From NCBI GenBank assembly GCA_964480865.1, contig CAYZRP010000009.1, forward strand, positions 26,475 to 90,474: a DNA stretch of 64,000 bases, in the 5' to 3' direction. Each line of letters starts with the position of its first letter. Position 1 is the first letter of the stretch. Of this stretch, positions 53,664 to 62,845 are shown in pieces. Below the pieces are notes generated by a model. It was not told the origin of the DNA and searched no databases. It saw only the letters and a list, made by a program, of their open reading frames with translations. The translations under genes were made by a program, and so were the position numbers. The stretch comes from an uncultured Anaerolineales bacterium (GTDB taxonomy: Bacteria; Chloroflexota; Anaerolineae; Anaerolineales; UBA6663).

Positions 53664-56088
53664 TTCCCTGGCCTGAGGCGCTCACGATTGGCAACCACCC
53701 GCTGACGCACGTCCCTGAGCCGTCGTGGGATGAGAGCGTCAACTGGCCGCCGAGGGCGCCGGCGCGCGCTGTCATCGAGGTGACCCCGAAACTTCCGGAC
53801 GCCTGCGCGGCCTGCAGGATGGCCGGTGAGAAGCCGCGCCCGTTGTCGCGGATCTCGAAAACAAACGTGTCGGCCACCTGCCAGAACGAGACGACGACCG
53901 AGGCCGCTCCGGCGTGTTCGACGACGTTGTCGAGTGCCTGCTGGACGATCAGCCACAGGGCCTGACGCGCCGCCCCTGAGAGCATTCGGTCGGGGTCCGC
54001 GTCGATCTTCAACGCAGTGGCGATCCCGGTTCGGGCGTGCAGTTGTTTGAGGACGTTGGTGAGTGCGCCTGACAGGCTGCCCGCCAGCTCGGGCGGCGCC
54101 AGGTCGTGGCGGATCCGGCTGACCATCTGGGCGGCCGTCTCGATGCCGGACGCGCTTTCGGAGAGCAGTCGCTCGGCCTGCGCCAGATCTCGTTCGAGAT
54201 ATAGACGGGCCGCCGACAACATGGGCTGGACGCCGCCGAGCCTCTGCTGCACAGTGTCGTGTAGATGCTGAGCGATGCGGAAGCGCTCCTGGCGTTGGGC
54301 TTCAAGCATGCGCTGCGGCATGTCGCGCAGCGTCTCGATCTGGCGCATGGCCAGCAACATGATCGCGGCCTGGTGAGCGCCAAGCGCCAGGATCTCCAGG
54401 TCGAGTTCGTCGAAGACCTCTTCGTCTTTTCGCTTGCCGATGCCGAGAAGCCCGAGCGGTCGATGGTTGAGGCCGTCCCACAAGCCGGCCGCGACGTGGA
54501 ACCCGTTCAGGCTGAGATCCATCAAGAAACGCTCCGACGCTGAGCCATCGAGATATCGTGGCCGGATCAGCGTCTTCAGTTCAGTGCTCGTGCAACTCAA
54601 CTGGTGGGATTGGTCGTCCCGTAGCGGCAGGGTGCAATGCGCCAGCTGGAGCGATCCTTCTTCGGGCACCCACAGCCAGATCGACGCGCGCTCACAGCCG
54701 AACTGTTCCACCAGCCCGTTCGTGATTTGTCGGAGCAGTCCGGCAGTTTCGGACTGCCCGGTCAGACCGTCGGCGTAGGCGCGGAGTTCGCTGAAGCCGC
54801 GCTCCCGCCAGTGAAACAGGCGCCCCAAGGCTCCGCGCCAGTGGGTCTGCGTGCTCCACAAGGTGCCCGTTGCCAGTGTGACGGCGAAGAAGAAGACGAA
54901 CGGCGGCGCCGCGTTCGGCGAAACCGGCAGGGTGGTCAGGCCCCACACCCAGGTACCCAGGCTCGACAGGAGCGCGCTGCTGGCGATGACGAATACGGCC
55001 GCGAGGAGCGGATGATGGCTGCGAAAGGCGCGGTAGCGGAGGATGGCGTAGGCGGTCGATAGCGGGATCGCGATCAGCAGGTAGCGCAGATCGAGCCCGA
55101 CAATGTAGTAGACCGGGTGCGCGTCGCCGCCGCGCAGAGCCAGATCCACGAACACGGCGATGGCCGGCGCCGCCGCCACCAGGCCCGCAGCCAAGAGACC
55201 GGCCGGCCGTGTGACGGAAGGCTGCTTGCGAAACTGCCAGGATACCCAGCACATGCGCACGATGGCAAGGGCGAACGCGCCTATGACATGCACGGCGGCG
55301 CCGCGCAACAGCCAGGTGTCGACGGCATGCCAGTCGATGCCCATTGGCACCACCCAGACGAATTGCGCGAGGCATCGACCGGCCATCCATAGGGCAGCCA
55401 GACCGTAATTGGCGTACAGGAGCGGGCGGGTCAGCCGACCACTCGGCCGGGGAAAGCGCAGCGCGAAATGGGTCAGCAGGGCGCCGATGCTGGGGCCGTA
55501 AAGACAGAAGCCCATCACGCCCAGGAAGCGCGTCACAGGCTGATCATCCATGAAGAACGTATGGTGATCGAGCAAGCGGTACGCGCCGATCACGCAGAAC
55601 AAGGCGATGGCGACCCGGGCCGTGGGGTCATGCGGCTGGACGCGGTAGAGCATCAACGCCAGAAGCCAGAGCGTGACGAAGACGATGACATCCGAAAACC
55701 GGAAATCGAACAGATGGCCGGCGCTGATGAGCACCAACGGCGCGTCGCGCTCGAGGACGGCGCCGAGTTCCCAGTTGTCGACCGTGAACGTGACGACGCG
55801 CTGGCCAGCTGCATATGCGGCCCGGTACAGATCGCGTTGCTGGACGCCGAACGGCTGACCGTTCAGGGCGATGAGCGCTTCTGACTGATAGGCCAGTTGA
55901 GTGTCGGTGACGCCGACCCACCAGTCTGGCGTGATGCGGTCGTAATACCAGCGATCCTGCGGGATGTTACGAAAGGTGATGAAGCCCGGGAAGGGCTGCC
56001 CGATGTCGGAGACCAGGTGGGCCACGTCGATAAGGGCGACGGCGAGCGTGGCTCCGATGAACCAGCCGAGCCAGTCGCGCCGTGTCAC
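53647..56088 (-). CDS. Membrane sensor histidine kinase (extracytoplasmic domain, about 8 TM, GAF, HisKA_3, HATPase_c)
   Basis: 813 aa with a GTG start overlapping the regulator stop (GTGA). H-box RFRIAQHLHDTVQQ; ATPase domain with DNGRGF. Confidence 0.85.
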   Translation of the reverse strand: MTRRDWLGWFIGATLAVALIDVAHLVSDIGQPFPGFITFRNIPQDRWYYDRITPDWWVGVTDTQLAYQSEALIALNGQPFGVQQRDLYRAAYAAGQRVVTFTVDNWELGAVLERDAPLVLISAGHLFDFRFSDVIVFVTLWLLALMLYRVQPHDPTARVAIALFCVIGAYRLLDHHTFFMDDQPVTRFLGVMGFCLYGPSIGALLTHFALRFPRPSGRLTRPLLYANYGLAALWMAGRCLAQFVWVVPMGIDWHAVDTWLLRGAAVHVIGAFALAIVRMCWVSWQFRKQPSVTRPAGLLAAGLVAAAPAIAVFVDLALRGGDAHPVYYIVGLDLRYLLIAIPLSTAYAILRYRAFRSHHPLLAAVFVIASSALLSSLGTWVWGLTTLPVSPNAAPPFVFFFAVTLATGTLWSTQTHWRGALGRLFHWRERGFSELRAYADGLTGQSETAGLLRQITNGLVEQFGCERASIWLWVPEEGSLQLAHCTLPLRDDQSHQLSCTSTELKTLIRPRYLDGSASERFLMDLSLNGFHVAAGLWDGLNHRPLGLLGIGKRKDEEVFDELDLEILALGAHQAAIMLLAMRQIETLRDMPQRMLEAQRQERFRIAQHLHDTVQQRLGGVQPMLSAARLYLERDLAQAERLLSESASGIETAAQMVSRIRHDLAPPELAGSLSGALTNVLKQLHARTGIATALKIDADPDRMLSGAARQALWLIVQQALDNVVEHAGAASVVVSFWQVADTFVFEIRDNGRGFSPAILQAAQASGSFGVTSMTARAGALGGQLTLSSHDGSGTCVSGWLPIVSASGQGTTSTH

Positions 56089-56828
56089 AGTCTGGACTTT
56101 CCTCGGAGGTCCCGGATCTGACAGGCCTTGATCAAGATCGCGATGGCGCGCAGGTCAGGCGCCGCAGTTGTGAGGTCGTTCAGGCCGAGCTTGGAGTAGA
56201 CGCGGCTGATGACGCCGTCGGCGCGGCGCAGACGCAATCGATGCGCCACACCGCGCGGCGAGTAAGAGGCCGCCAGCAGAGTCGCAACCTGCGCCTCTTG
56301 AGGGGTGAGTTGATCGAGCCCCTGGAGCGCGCGCTCAACCCAGGGCTTCTCGTCGGGCGTGAGTCGTTCGCTGAGGACGAAGCCCAGGTCGGGTTGGAGG
56401 CGATGCACCTCGGGATCGATTTCGACTTTTCCATCGCACACGCGTTGGAGCAGGCTGAAGAGATCATCCGCCCGTCGACCCTTCAGGCGGTAAGCAATGC
56501 CGCGGATGCCATCCGCCAGGAGATCCATCACGGTATCCAGATGCTCAGCATAGGCTGATAGCACCACCACGCCCATCCGTGGGTCATGATGTTTGAGCAC
56601 ACGAACCAGGTTCAGCCCCTCGGTGGTTATCGTCCAGGAATGGCTCCCCTCGTCGGCCGGGATCGAGATATCGACGATGGCACCGCGCAGGGGGTGGGCT
56701 TCGATCAGGCTTGTCGCGGTGCTCAGGCTGCCTGCCTCGAGGACGACATAAGATTGCGCCTCGAACAGGGCTCTCAGGCCCGAGCGCATGAACACATCAT
56801 CGTCAGCGATCAGTACTGTGGCAGACAT
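56085..56828 (-). CDS. NarL/LuxR-family response regulator
   Basis: About 247 aa from ATG 56828 (MSATVLIADDD...). Receiver domain plus a C-terminal LuxR-type HTH (LTPQEAQVATLLAASYSPRGVAHRL). Confidence 0.85.
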   Translation of the reverse strand: MSATVLIADDDVFMRSGLRALFEAQSYVVLEAGSLSTATSLIEAHPLRGAIVDISIPADEGSHSWTITTEGLNLVRVLKHHDPRMGVVVLSAYAEHLDTVMDLLADGIRGIAYRLKGRRADDLFSLLQRVCDGKVEIDPEVHRLQPDLGFVLSERLTPDEKPWVERALQGLDQLTPQEAQVATLLAASYSPRGVAHRLRLRRADGVISRVYSKLGLNDLTTAAPDLRAIAILIKACQIRDLRGKSRL

Positions 56829-57336
56829 GGAACCTCGGGTCGTGCCTTCAGCGTAAGGAACGTCCGATGAAACCGATCTGGATTTTAGTATGAACTGGAT
56901 GGCAGGAGTGACGCGCCCACCTGAGGAAGACCCGGAGCCCTGGTTAGGAGCTCCTGCCCGACATATAAACGGAACGGCGATGTCTTCCTCTGTTCGCTTC
57001 AGTACCTGGGAGTCCCCTTGGCCGAACACGCCCCCGTGAGGATCTGGTCTTTCCTGCCAGGAACTGACTGCACGGCAGTATAGCGAAAGGGGTCCTGCCG
57101 ACGTAAGTGGAATTACACACCAAATGTTAGTGGGAAAACCCCTCGGCCTGGATCGGAGACGATGCCCCGACAACTCACCCGACTGTCAGCGAGCGGCTAC
57201 AGCAGATCGCTGGCCCCTACACTTCTATGCGCGCCCCACCGATAGGTGGTGTCAAACAGTTTCTATACAGTGAACTCAGGAATGTGATCTCTCCCGAGTG
57301 GCCCGAGATCCATTTTGCGTTTTGCCCGGAGTGCCC

Positions 57337-58401
57337 ATGACCCATTTGCATTGGCGGCTCGCTGCCCTGGGCAGTGCGGCCTCCCTGCTGCTCGGCGCCT
57401 GCGGCGCAGCCGAGCAGCCTGCCCTTACCACCTCACCGGTCGCCAATGTCCCCTCAATGCTCTCTCCGCAGAGCCCGGCCGCGAGCGAGATCGCCGGCCT
57501 GTGGTGGTTGCTGTTCTGGGTGAGCATGGCCGTAGTGGCTCTGGTCTTTGGACTGTTGGGCTGGGCGCTGTGGCGTCGACGCCGCGTGACGGCTGACACG
57601 TCGACGGCGATGCGTGCGCGACCCGAACAGACTTTGCCGGGGGGCGAGCAAACGTGGGTGGTCGGCGGGGGCATCGTCATGCCGACCGGCATCCTGGTCG
57701 GCGTCCTCGCGGCCACATTGACCGTCATGCAGTCCACGGCCCAGGCGTCACCCTCTCCAGACGTCGTGATCGAGGTCGTGGGCCATCAGTGGTGGTGGGA
57801 GGTGCGTTATCCCAACCAGGCGTTCGTCACCGCCAATGAGATCCGCATCCCCGTCGGCGAGCCGATCGAGTTGCGTATGACGGGCGGCGACGTGATCCAC
57901 AGCCTCTGGATCCCAGAGCTCAACGGCAAGATGGATCTCATCCCCGGGCGGACCACATCGCTCGTACTTCAGGCCGATCAGGCTGGCGAGTATCTGGCGC
58001 AGTGCGCGGAGTTCTGTGGAACACAACACGCCAAGATGCGTCTCGTGGTCGTCGCCGAGACACCCGAGGCGTTCGATGGATGGGTCCGCAACCAGCAGGC
58101 CGAGGTCGCTCAACCGATCGGTGAGGAGCAGCGTCGCGGTCAGCAGGTGTTCCTCGGCGCCGCCTGCGTGTACTGCCACACGGTCCGTGGGACCAATGCA
58201 GCCGGGCAGGTCGGCCCCGACCTGACCCACCTGGCCTCACGACGCACGCTCGCTGCTGGGGTCTTGCCGAACAACCGCGGTCACCTGGCTGGCTGGATCC
58301 TGGATCCGCAAGCTCTGAAGCCTGGCAACCTCATGCCGCCGACAGCGCTCTCGGGCGAGGATCTCAACGATCTGTTGATCTACCTGGAAAGCCTCAAGTA
58401 G
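57337..58401 (+). CDS. ctaC: Cytochrome c oxidase subunit II fused to a cytochrome c domain (caa3-type subunit IIc)
   Basis: Two TM helices, the CuA site HSLWIPE...CAEFCGTQHAKM and a C-terminal heme-c motif CVYCH. Start taken at ATG 57337 (ORF open from 57298). Confidence 0.9.
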   Translation: MTHLHWRLAALGSAASLLLGACGAAEQPALTTSPVANVPSMLSPQSPAASEIAGLWWLLFWVSMAVVALVFGLLGWALWRRRRVTADTSTAMRARPEQTLPGGEQTWVVGGGIVMPTGILVGVLAATLTVMQSTAQASPSPDVVIEVVGHQWWWEVRYPNQAFVTANEIRIPVGEPIELRMTGGDVIHSLWIPELNGKMDLIPGRTTSLVLQADQAGEYLAQCAEFCGTQHAKMRLVVVAETPEAFDGWVRNQQAEVAQPIGEEQRRGQQVFLGAACVYCHTVRGTNAAGQVGPDLTHLASRRTLAAGVLPNNRGHLAGWILDPQALKPGNLMPPTALSGEDLNDLLIYLESLK

Positions 58402-58416
58402 CGAACGGAGACGTTC

Positions 58417-60978
58417 ATGACTGCACCGGTGGTGCCCCTTCCTGATCAGCCGGCTGTTGGATTCACTCGTGTCGACGAGCCCCAGCCCCACACTCAGACT
58501 CTCTCCGACCTGTGGGATGACCCAAAAGGCTGGATCGGGCAGCTGGCTGCTGTGCAGAACAACGTCCTGGGTGTGCGCATCATCGTCGTCGCGTTCCTGT
58601 TCTTCCTGTGGAGCGGCGTCGACTCGCTCTGGATCCGGACTCAGCTGGCCGTGCCCGAAAACACGCTCGTCAGTCCGGGCCGCTTCAACGAACTCTTCAC
58701 CATGCACGGCTCGGCGATGATGTATCTGTTCGCGGTGCCCATGGGTGAGGGCTTTGCCATCCTGCTGTTGCCCTTCTTGCTCGGCACACGCGAAATGCCG
58801 TTCCCGCGGTTGAGCGCTTACACGTTCTGGACCTTCCTGTTCGGCGGTCTGCTCTTCTATTCGAGTTCGCTATTTCAAGCCGTGCCCGATGCCGGCTGGT
58901 TCGCGTATGTGCCGCTCAGCGGCCCGACCTATTCGCCCGACGTCGCCCTCGACTTCTGGCTGCTCGCGCTTGGTGTGGCCGAGATCGCGGCCATCGGGGC
59001 TGCCATCGAGATCATCATGTCGATCCTGCGCATGCGTGCTCCCGGCATGACCCTCGCGCGCCTGCCGCTGATGGCCTGGACCCTGCTGGTGACGGCGTTC
59101 TCGATCCTCTTTGCGTTCACGCCGTTGCTGATCGGCACGCTCCTGCTCGAATCTGATCGCAAGTTCGGGACGCGTTTCTTCGATCCTGCCGCGGGCGGCA
59201 GCCCGATCCTGTGGCAGCACCTGTTCTGGATCTTCGGCCACCCGGAGGTCTACATTCAGTTCCTGCCGGCGGTCGGCATCGTCTCGACCATCCTGCCGGT
59301 CTTCGCCCGCAGCCGGATCGTGGGCTATCCCTTCCTGGCGATGGCGGCGGTTGCGATTGCGTTCCTGAGCTTCGGGTTGTGGGTCCACCACATGTTCACG
59401 ACCGGTCTGCCCACGGCGGCGACCACGTACTTCGCTGTCGCGAGCATGATGATCGCGATCCCGAGCGGAGTGCAGATCTTTGCCTGGCTGGCGACGCTGT
59501 GGCGCGGTCGCCCGACGTTCCAGACGCCGATGCTGTTCGTCCTGGGTTTCCTGTTCCTGTTCGTGCTGGGCGGCGTTACGGGCGTGATGGTGGCGGCCAT
59601 CCCCTTCGACCTGCAGGTCCACGACACCTACTTCGTGGTCGCGCACTTCCACTACGTCCTCGTCGGTGGTGTGGTCTTCCCGATCCTGGCGGGCCTGTAC
59701 TACTGGATGCCCAAGTTCACGAACCGGCTACTCGATGAGGGTCTCGGCCGCTGGCACTTCTGGTTGTTCTTCCTCGGTGCGAACCTGGCTTTCTTTCCGA
59801 TGCATATCGTCGGCATGCTCGGGATGGCGCGCCGCGTCTACACGTATCCCGCCGGCTATGGCTGGGAGATCTACAACATCCTCTCGACGATCGGGGCCGC
59901 CATGATGGCCGTGGGGACGTTGATCTTCATCGGTAACGTGGTGCTCTCGATGCGATCTGGCAAACGACCCGGGCCGAACCCGTGGGACGCCGACACGCTG
60001 GAATGGGCGCCGAGCACACCGGCGCCACAGCACGGCTTCACGGTCATGCCGATCATCCACAGCCGACATCCGCTCTGGGATCAGACCGATCTGCACACCG
60101 GTGACCCGCGGATCGTCGCCCTGGTGCGCGGGCTGGCGCGTTGGCCGCTGACCTGGCGCGCGGTGCTCGTGACCTCGCTGGGAGATGCGCGGCCTCAGGA
60201 AGTCGCCCGAGTATCTGGCCCGAGCATCTGGCCGTTCATCGCAGGCGTGGCCACGATCGTGATCTTCGCTTCGGAGATCTGGAGCCTGCGCTGGCTGGCG
60301 GCCAGCGCCGCGGTCGTGGTCGTGATCGCCCTGATCGGCTGGCACTGGCCCAAGTCGCGCATGACGACGGACGAGGAGGAGCGCGCCTTCGAGCGCGAGC
60401 ACGGCATCCCGGTCTACTCGCTCGGCAGCCCCACCATGATGCGCGGAGCGCTGATGCTGGTCTTGCTGGTGATCGGCGTCGCGCTGGCCTGTTTGCTCTT
60501 CAGCTACTTCTACATTCGGCTCGAGAACGACGCCTGGCCGCCGCCCGGGTTCGGACGGCCCGATCTGACGTTGCCCGGGATCGCGGCAGCGCTCATTCTG
60601 GGCAGCGCCGCGGCGATGGGCTGGGCGGTGCTCAGCATCCGCGCCGATCGGCAGCTCAGGCTGCGGATTGCTCTGGCGGTCGCGGCGGTGCTGGGCCTGG
60701 CGGCCATCGGGCTCCAGGGTTACGTGTTCCTGCAGCTTGGCTACAGCCACGAGACGCATGCGTACGGATCGGCTTTCTTCATCCTGAGCATCTTTGGCCT
60801 GGTCGTCGCCGTAGCGGGCCTGCTCATGAATCTCTTCTCGCAGGTCTGGGCGTGGCGCCGGCACTACTCAGCTCGTCGGCACGACCCGATCTCGAACGCG
60901 GCGATGTTCTGGTTCGGCGCGACGGTTGTGTGGCTGCTGTCGATGGGCACGCTGTACCTGACGCCCTATCTGACGTGA
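58417..60978 (+). CDS. ctaD: Cytochrome c oxidase subunit I fused to a subunit III-like C-terminal domain
   Basis: 853 aa with WIFGHPEVYIQFLP (His-Tyr site) and HHMFTTG. Beyond the subunit I core there are about 290 extra residues with 5-6 TM helices. Confidence 0.9.
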   Translation: MTAPVVPLPDQPAVGFTRVDEPQPHTQTLSDLWDDPKGWIGQLAAVQNNVLGVRIIVVAFLFFLWSGVDSLWIRTQLAVPENTLVSPGRFNELFTMHGSAMMYLFAVPMGEGFAILLLPFLLGTREMPFPRLSAYTFWTFLFGGLLFYSSSLFQAVPDAGWFAYVPLSGPTYSPDVALDFWLLALGVAEIAAIGAAIEIIMSILRMRAPGMTLARLPLMAWTLLVTAFSILFAFTPLLIGTLLLESDRKFGTRFFDPAAGGSPILWQHLFWIFGHPEVYIQFLPAVGIVSTILPVFARSRIVGYPFLAMAAVAIAFLSFGLWVHHMFTTGLPTAATTYFAVASMMIAIPSGVQIFAWLATLWRGRPTFQTPMLFVLGFLFLFVLGGVTGVMVAAIPFDLQVHDTYFVVAHFHYVLVGGVVFPILAGLYYWMPKFTNRLLDEGLGRWHFWLFFLGANLAFFPMHIVGMLGMARRVYTYPAGYGWEIYNILSTIGAAMMAVGTLIFIGNVVLSMRSGKRPGPNPWDADTLEWAPSTPAPQHGFTVMPIIHSRHPLWDQTDLHTGDPRIVALVRGLARWPLTWRAVLVTSLGDARPQEVARVSGPSIWPFIAGVATIVIFASEIWSLRWLAASAAVVVVIALIGWHWPKSRMTTDEEERAFEREHGIPVYSLGSPTMMRGALMLVLLVIGVALACLLFSYFYIRLENDAWPPPGFGRPDLTLPGIAAALILGSAAAMGWAVLSIRADRQLRLRIALAVAAVLGLAAIGLQGYVFLQLGYSHETHAYGSAFFILSIFGLVVAVAGLLMNLFSQVWAWRRHYSARRHDPISNAAMFWFGATVVWLLSMGTLYLTPYLT

Positions 60979-60985
60979 GGTTGCG

Positions 60986-61384
60986 ATGGCGAATCTGCAA
61001 GCACCTCTCTCTTTGCCTTCCGTTCTGGTTCAGATCGCGGCGTTGTTGGCCGGGCCCGTGATCTGGGTCGTGTACTTCCTGATCGTCTATGCCGTCGCCG
61101 AGTTTGGATGTATCTCCGGCGCCCTGAACTACACGATCGGCAACCTGCACATCATCACCTTGATCACCGCCGGTCTGGGCCTCGTCGCCATGATCGGTCT
61201 GGGCGCAGTCGGTTGGGGGGCGTATCTGCGCTGGCGCGACCTGCGCCCAACCGACGATGAGTCCATCGAAGCGCGACGGACGCGCTTCATCAGTTTTGGA
61301 TCGGTGTTGCTGGCTGGCCTGTTCGAGCTCGCCATCCTGCTCAACGTCGTTCCGGTTCTCGTGCTGCAGCCATGCCAAATGTGA
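60986..61384 (+). CDS. Small 4-TM membrane protein in the oxidase operon (candidate accessory subunit)
   Basis: 132 aa with GAGG 5 nt upstream of the ATG and four hydrophobic helices. It lies 7 nt after ctaD and overlaps the next gene by 13 nt. Confidence 0.55.
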   Translation: MANLQAPLSLPSVLVQIAALLAGPVIWVVYFLIVYAVAEFGCISGALNYTIGNLHIITLITAGLGLVAMIGLGAVGWGAYLRWRDLRPTDDESIEARRTRFISFGSVLLAGLFELAILLNVVPVLVLQPCQM

Positions 61385-61779
61385 GAGCCATGGGTGGCGC
61401 TCTGGCCGTCGCCCTGATTCTGTATCTGACGATCAGCCTTGCGACCACACCCGGCACAGGCGGCGAAGGTTCGCGTCCGCTGATGGCTGTTGCCGCCAGT
61501 GGCGATGTGCTGCGGGGTGCGCAACTGCTGCAGGACTATGGCTGCACTTCGTGCCACGTCATTCCAGGGATGTTCATCGCCGACAGCCGGGTAGGGCCCC
61601 CGCTCGAGGATCTGGCCCTGAGGCGTTACGTGGGTGGTGACGTGCCCAACTCCGCGGACAGGTTGGCCGCCTTCATTATGGATCCGCAAACCTATGCACC
61701 GGGCTCGACGATGCCAGACCTCGGCGTGACCGATCTTGATGCTCGCGATATGGTCGCGTATCTGCGCAACCTCAGGTGA
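61372..61779 (+). CDS. Membrane-anchored monoheme class I cytochrome c
   Basis: 135 aa with an N-terminal anchor helix, the CTSCH heme-binding motif and a distal Met context (GSTMPD). Confidence 0.8.
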   Translation: MPNVRAMGGALAVALILYLTISLATTPGTGGEGSRPLMAVAASGDVLRGAQLLQDYGCTSCHVIPGMFIADSRVGPPLEDLALRRYVGGDVPNSADRLAAFIMDPQTYAPGSTMPDLGVTDLDARDMVAYLRNLR

Positions 61780-61899
61780 GCAGGAACACGGAGCGAGAAG
61801 CGAGAAATGCGCGGGCAGTCGACGTTCGTCCGTCATTCGTCGTAGGCGCCGAGTCTGCGGTCTTCCGTCCGCGGTCCGCGGTCTTCCCAGGAGAACAGT

Positions 61900-62823
61900 A
61901 TGCCCACTTTGAAACAGACCAAGATCACGCGGCGAGCTTTTTTGAAGGGCGCGGGAGTCGTCGCCACGGCGTCGGCGGTCACGGCCGGCTGCGACAACCT
62001 CGCGGCTTCGCAGCCCGAGCCGAACACAGTGCCCGCGCGCGTGCCGTTCGCGCAGCAGTATCCGCAGGTGCCGCTGCCGCCCAGCCGTGTGCCCGAGCCC
62101 ACCCACACGCTCAAGTTCTTCATGCCGCACGAAGCCCAACTTGTGGAGGCGCTCACGGCGCGCATCCTGCCGGGGACGCCAGAGGATCCTGGCGCGCGCG
62201 AAGCCGGCGTTCTCTACTACATCGACGGCTTGATGGCCTACCGCAGTGGCTTTGCCGAAGGCGTCTATCGGATGCCTCCGTATGCCGAAACCTATGCAGA
62301 GGATGCGGCGCCGCCGACCGATCGGCAAGGGGAGTTCGACGTGATCTGGGTGTCGGAAACCGACATTGAACGCTACGGCTACCAATCGCTGTTGACGCCG
62401 GCTGAAGTCATGCGACTCGGGTTGGCCGCCGTCGATCGCCTGGCGCAGGAGTCGTTCGGGTCGCGCTTCGCAGAACTCAGCGAGGACCAGCAGGATCAGA
62501 TGATCGGGGCCATGGCCGACGGTGAAGCCACGGGCTTCGAACCCCTGTCAGGCGAGACGTTCTTCCAGGTGCTGCGTCGTCTCACCAGCGAAGGCATGTT
62601 CAGCGATCCGGTGTATGGCGGCAATCGCGATCTGGTCGGGTGGAAGTTGCTCGGCTACCCCGGCGCGCAGCGCGCCTATACGCCGCAGGACATCGTCACG
62701 GAAGGCAGCGGTCTGGCCCGGCCGGTCTGGGGGCTCGCCGACATGCCTCACTTCTATCCCGGTCAGGCCGGCCACGAGAACACCTTGCTGCCGGTCACGG
62801 GCAGCGAAGAAGGTCAGCCGTAA
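61900..62823 (+). CDS. Gluconate 2-dehydrogenase subunit 3-family protein (Tat-signal small subunit)
   Basis: 307 aa. Twin-arginine signal KITRRAFLKGAG. C-terminal FSDPVYGGNRD motif typical of this family. Confidence 0.8.
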   Translation: MPTLKQTKITRRAFLKGAGVVATASAVTAGCDNLAASQPEPNTVPARVPFAQQYPQVPLPPSRVPEPTHTLKFFMPHEAQLVEALTARILPGTPEDPGAREAGVLYYIDGLMAYRSGFAEGVYRMPPYAETYAEDAAPPTDRQGEFDVIWVSETDIERYGYQSLLTPAEVMRLGLAAVDRLAQESFGSRFAELSEDQQDQMIGAMADGEATGFEPLSGETFFQVLRRLTSEGMFSDPVYGGNRDLVGWKLLGYPGAQRAYTPQDIVTEGSGLARPVWGLADMPHFYPGQAGHENTLLPVTGSEEGQP

Positions 62824-62845
62824 GGCAGTCGAGAAAGGACTCAAG

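Noticed and set aside
57053-57061. CCTGCCAGG motif reminiscent of SRP RNA
   Set aside because: The SRP domain IV consensus (GGUCCGGAAGGAAGCAGCC-like) is absent, and the flanking sequence does not form the required long helix.
56829-57173. Upstream extension of the LuxR-type regulator ORF
   Set aside because: There is no receiver or other domain similarity. The canonical receiver N-terminus (MSATVLIADDD) begins at ATG 56828.
58870-62385. Several long minus-strand ORFs (58870-59652, 59728-60864, 61129-62385) across the oxidase, cytochrome and dehydrogenase genes
   Set aside because: Their composition is Arg/His/Asp/Pro-rich and non-protein-like. The plus-strand frames contain CuB/heme, CxxCH and Tat-signal motifs.
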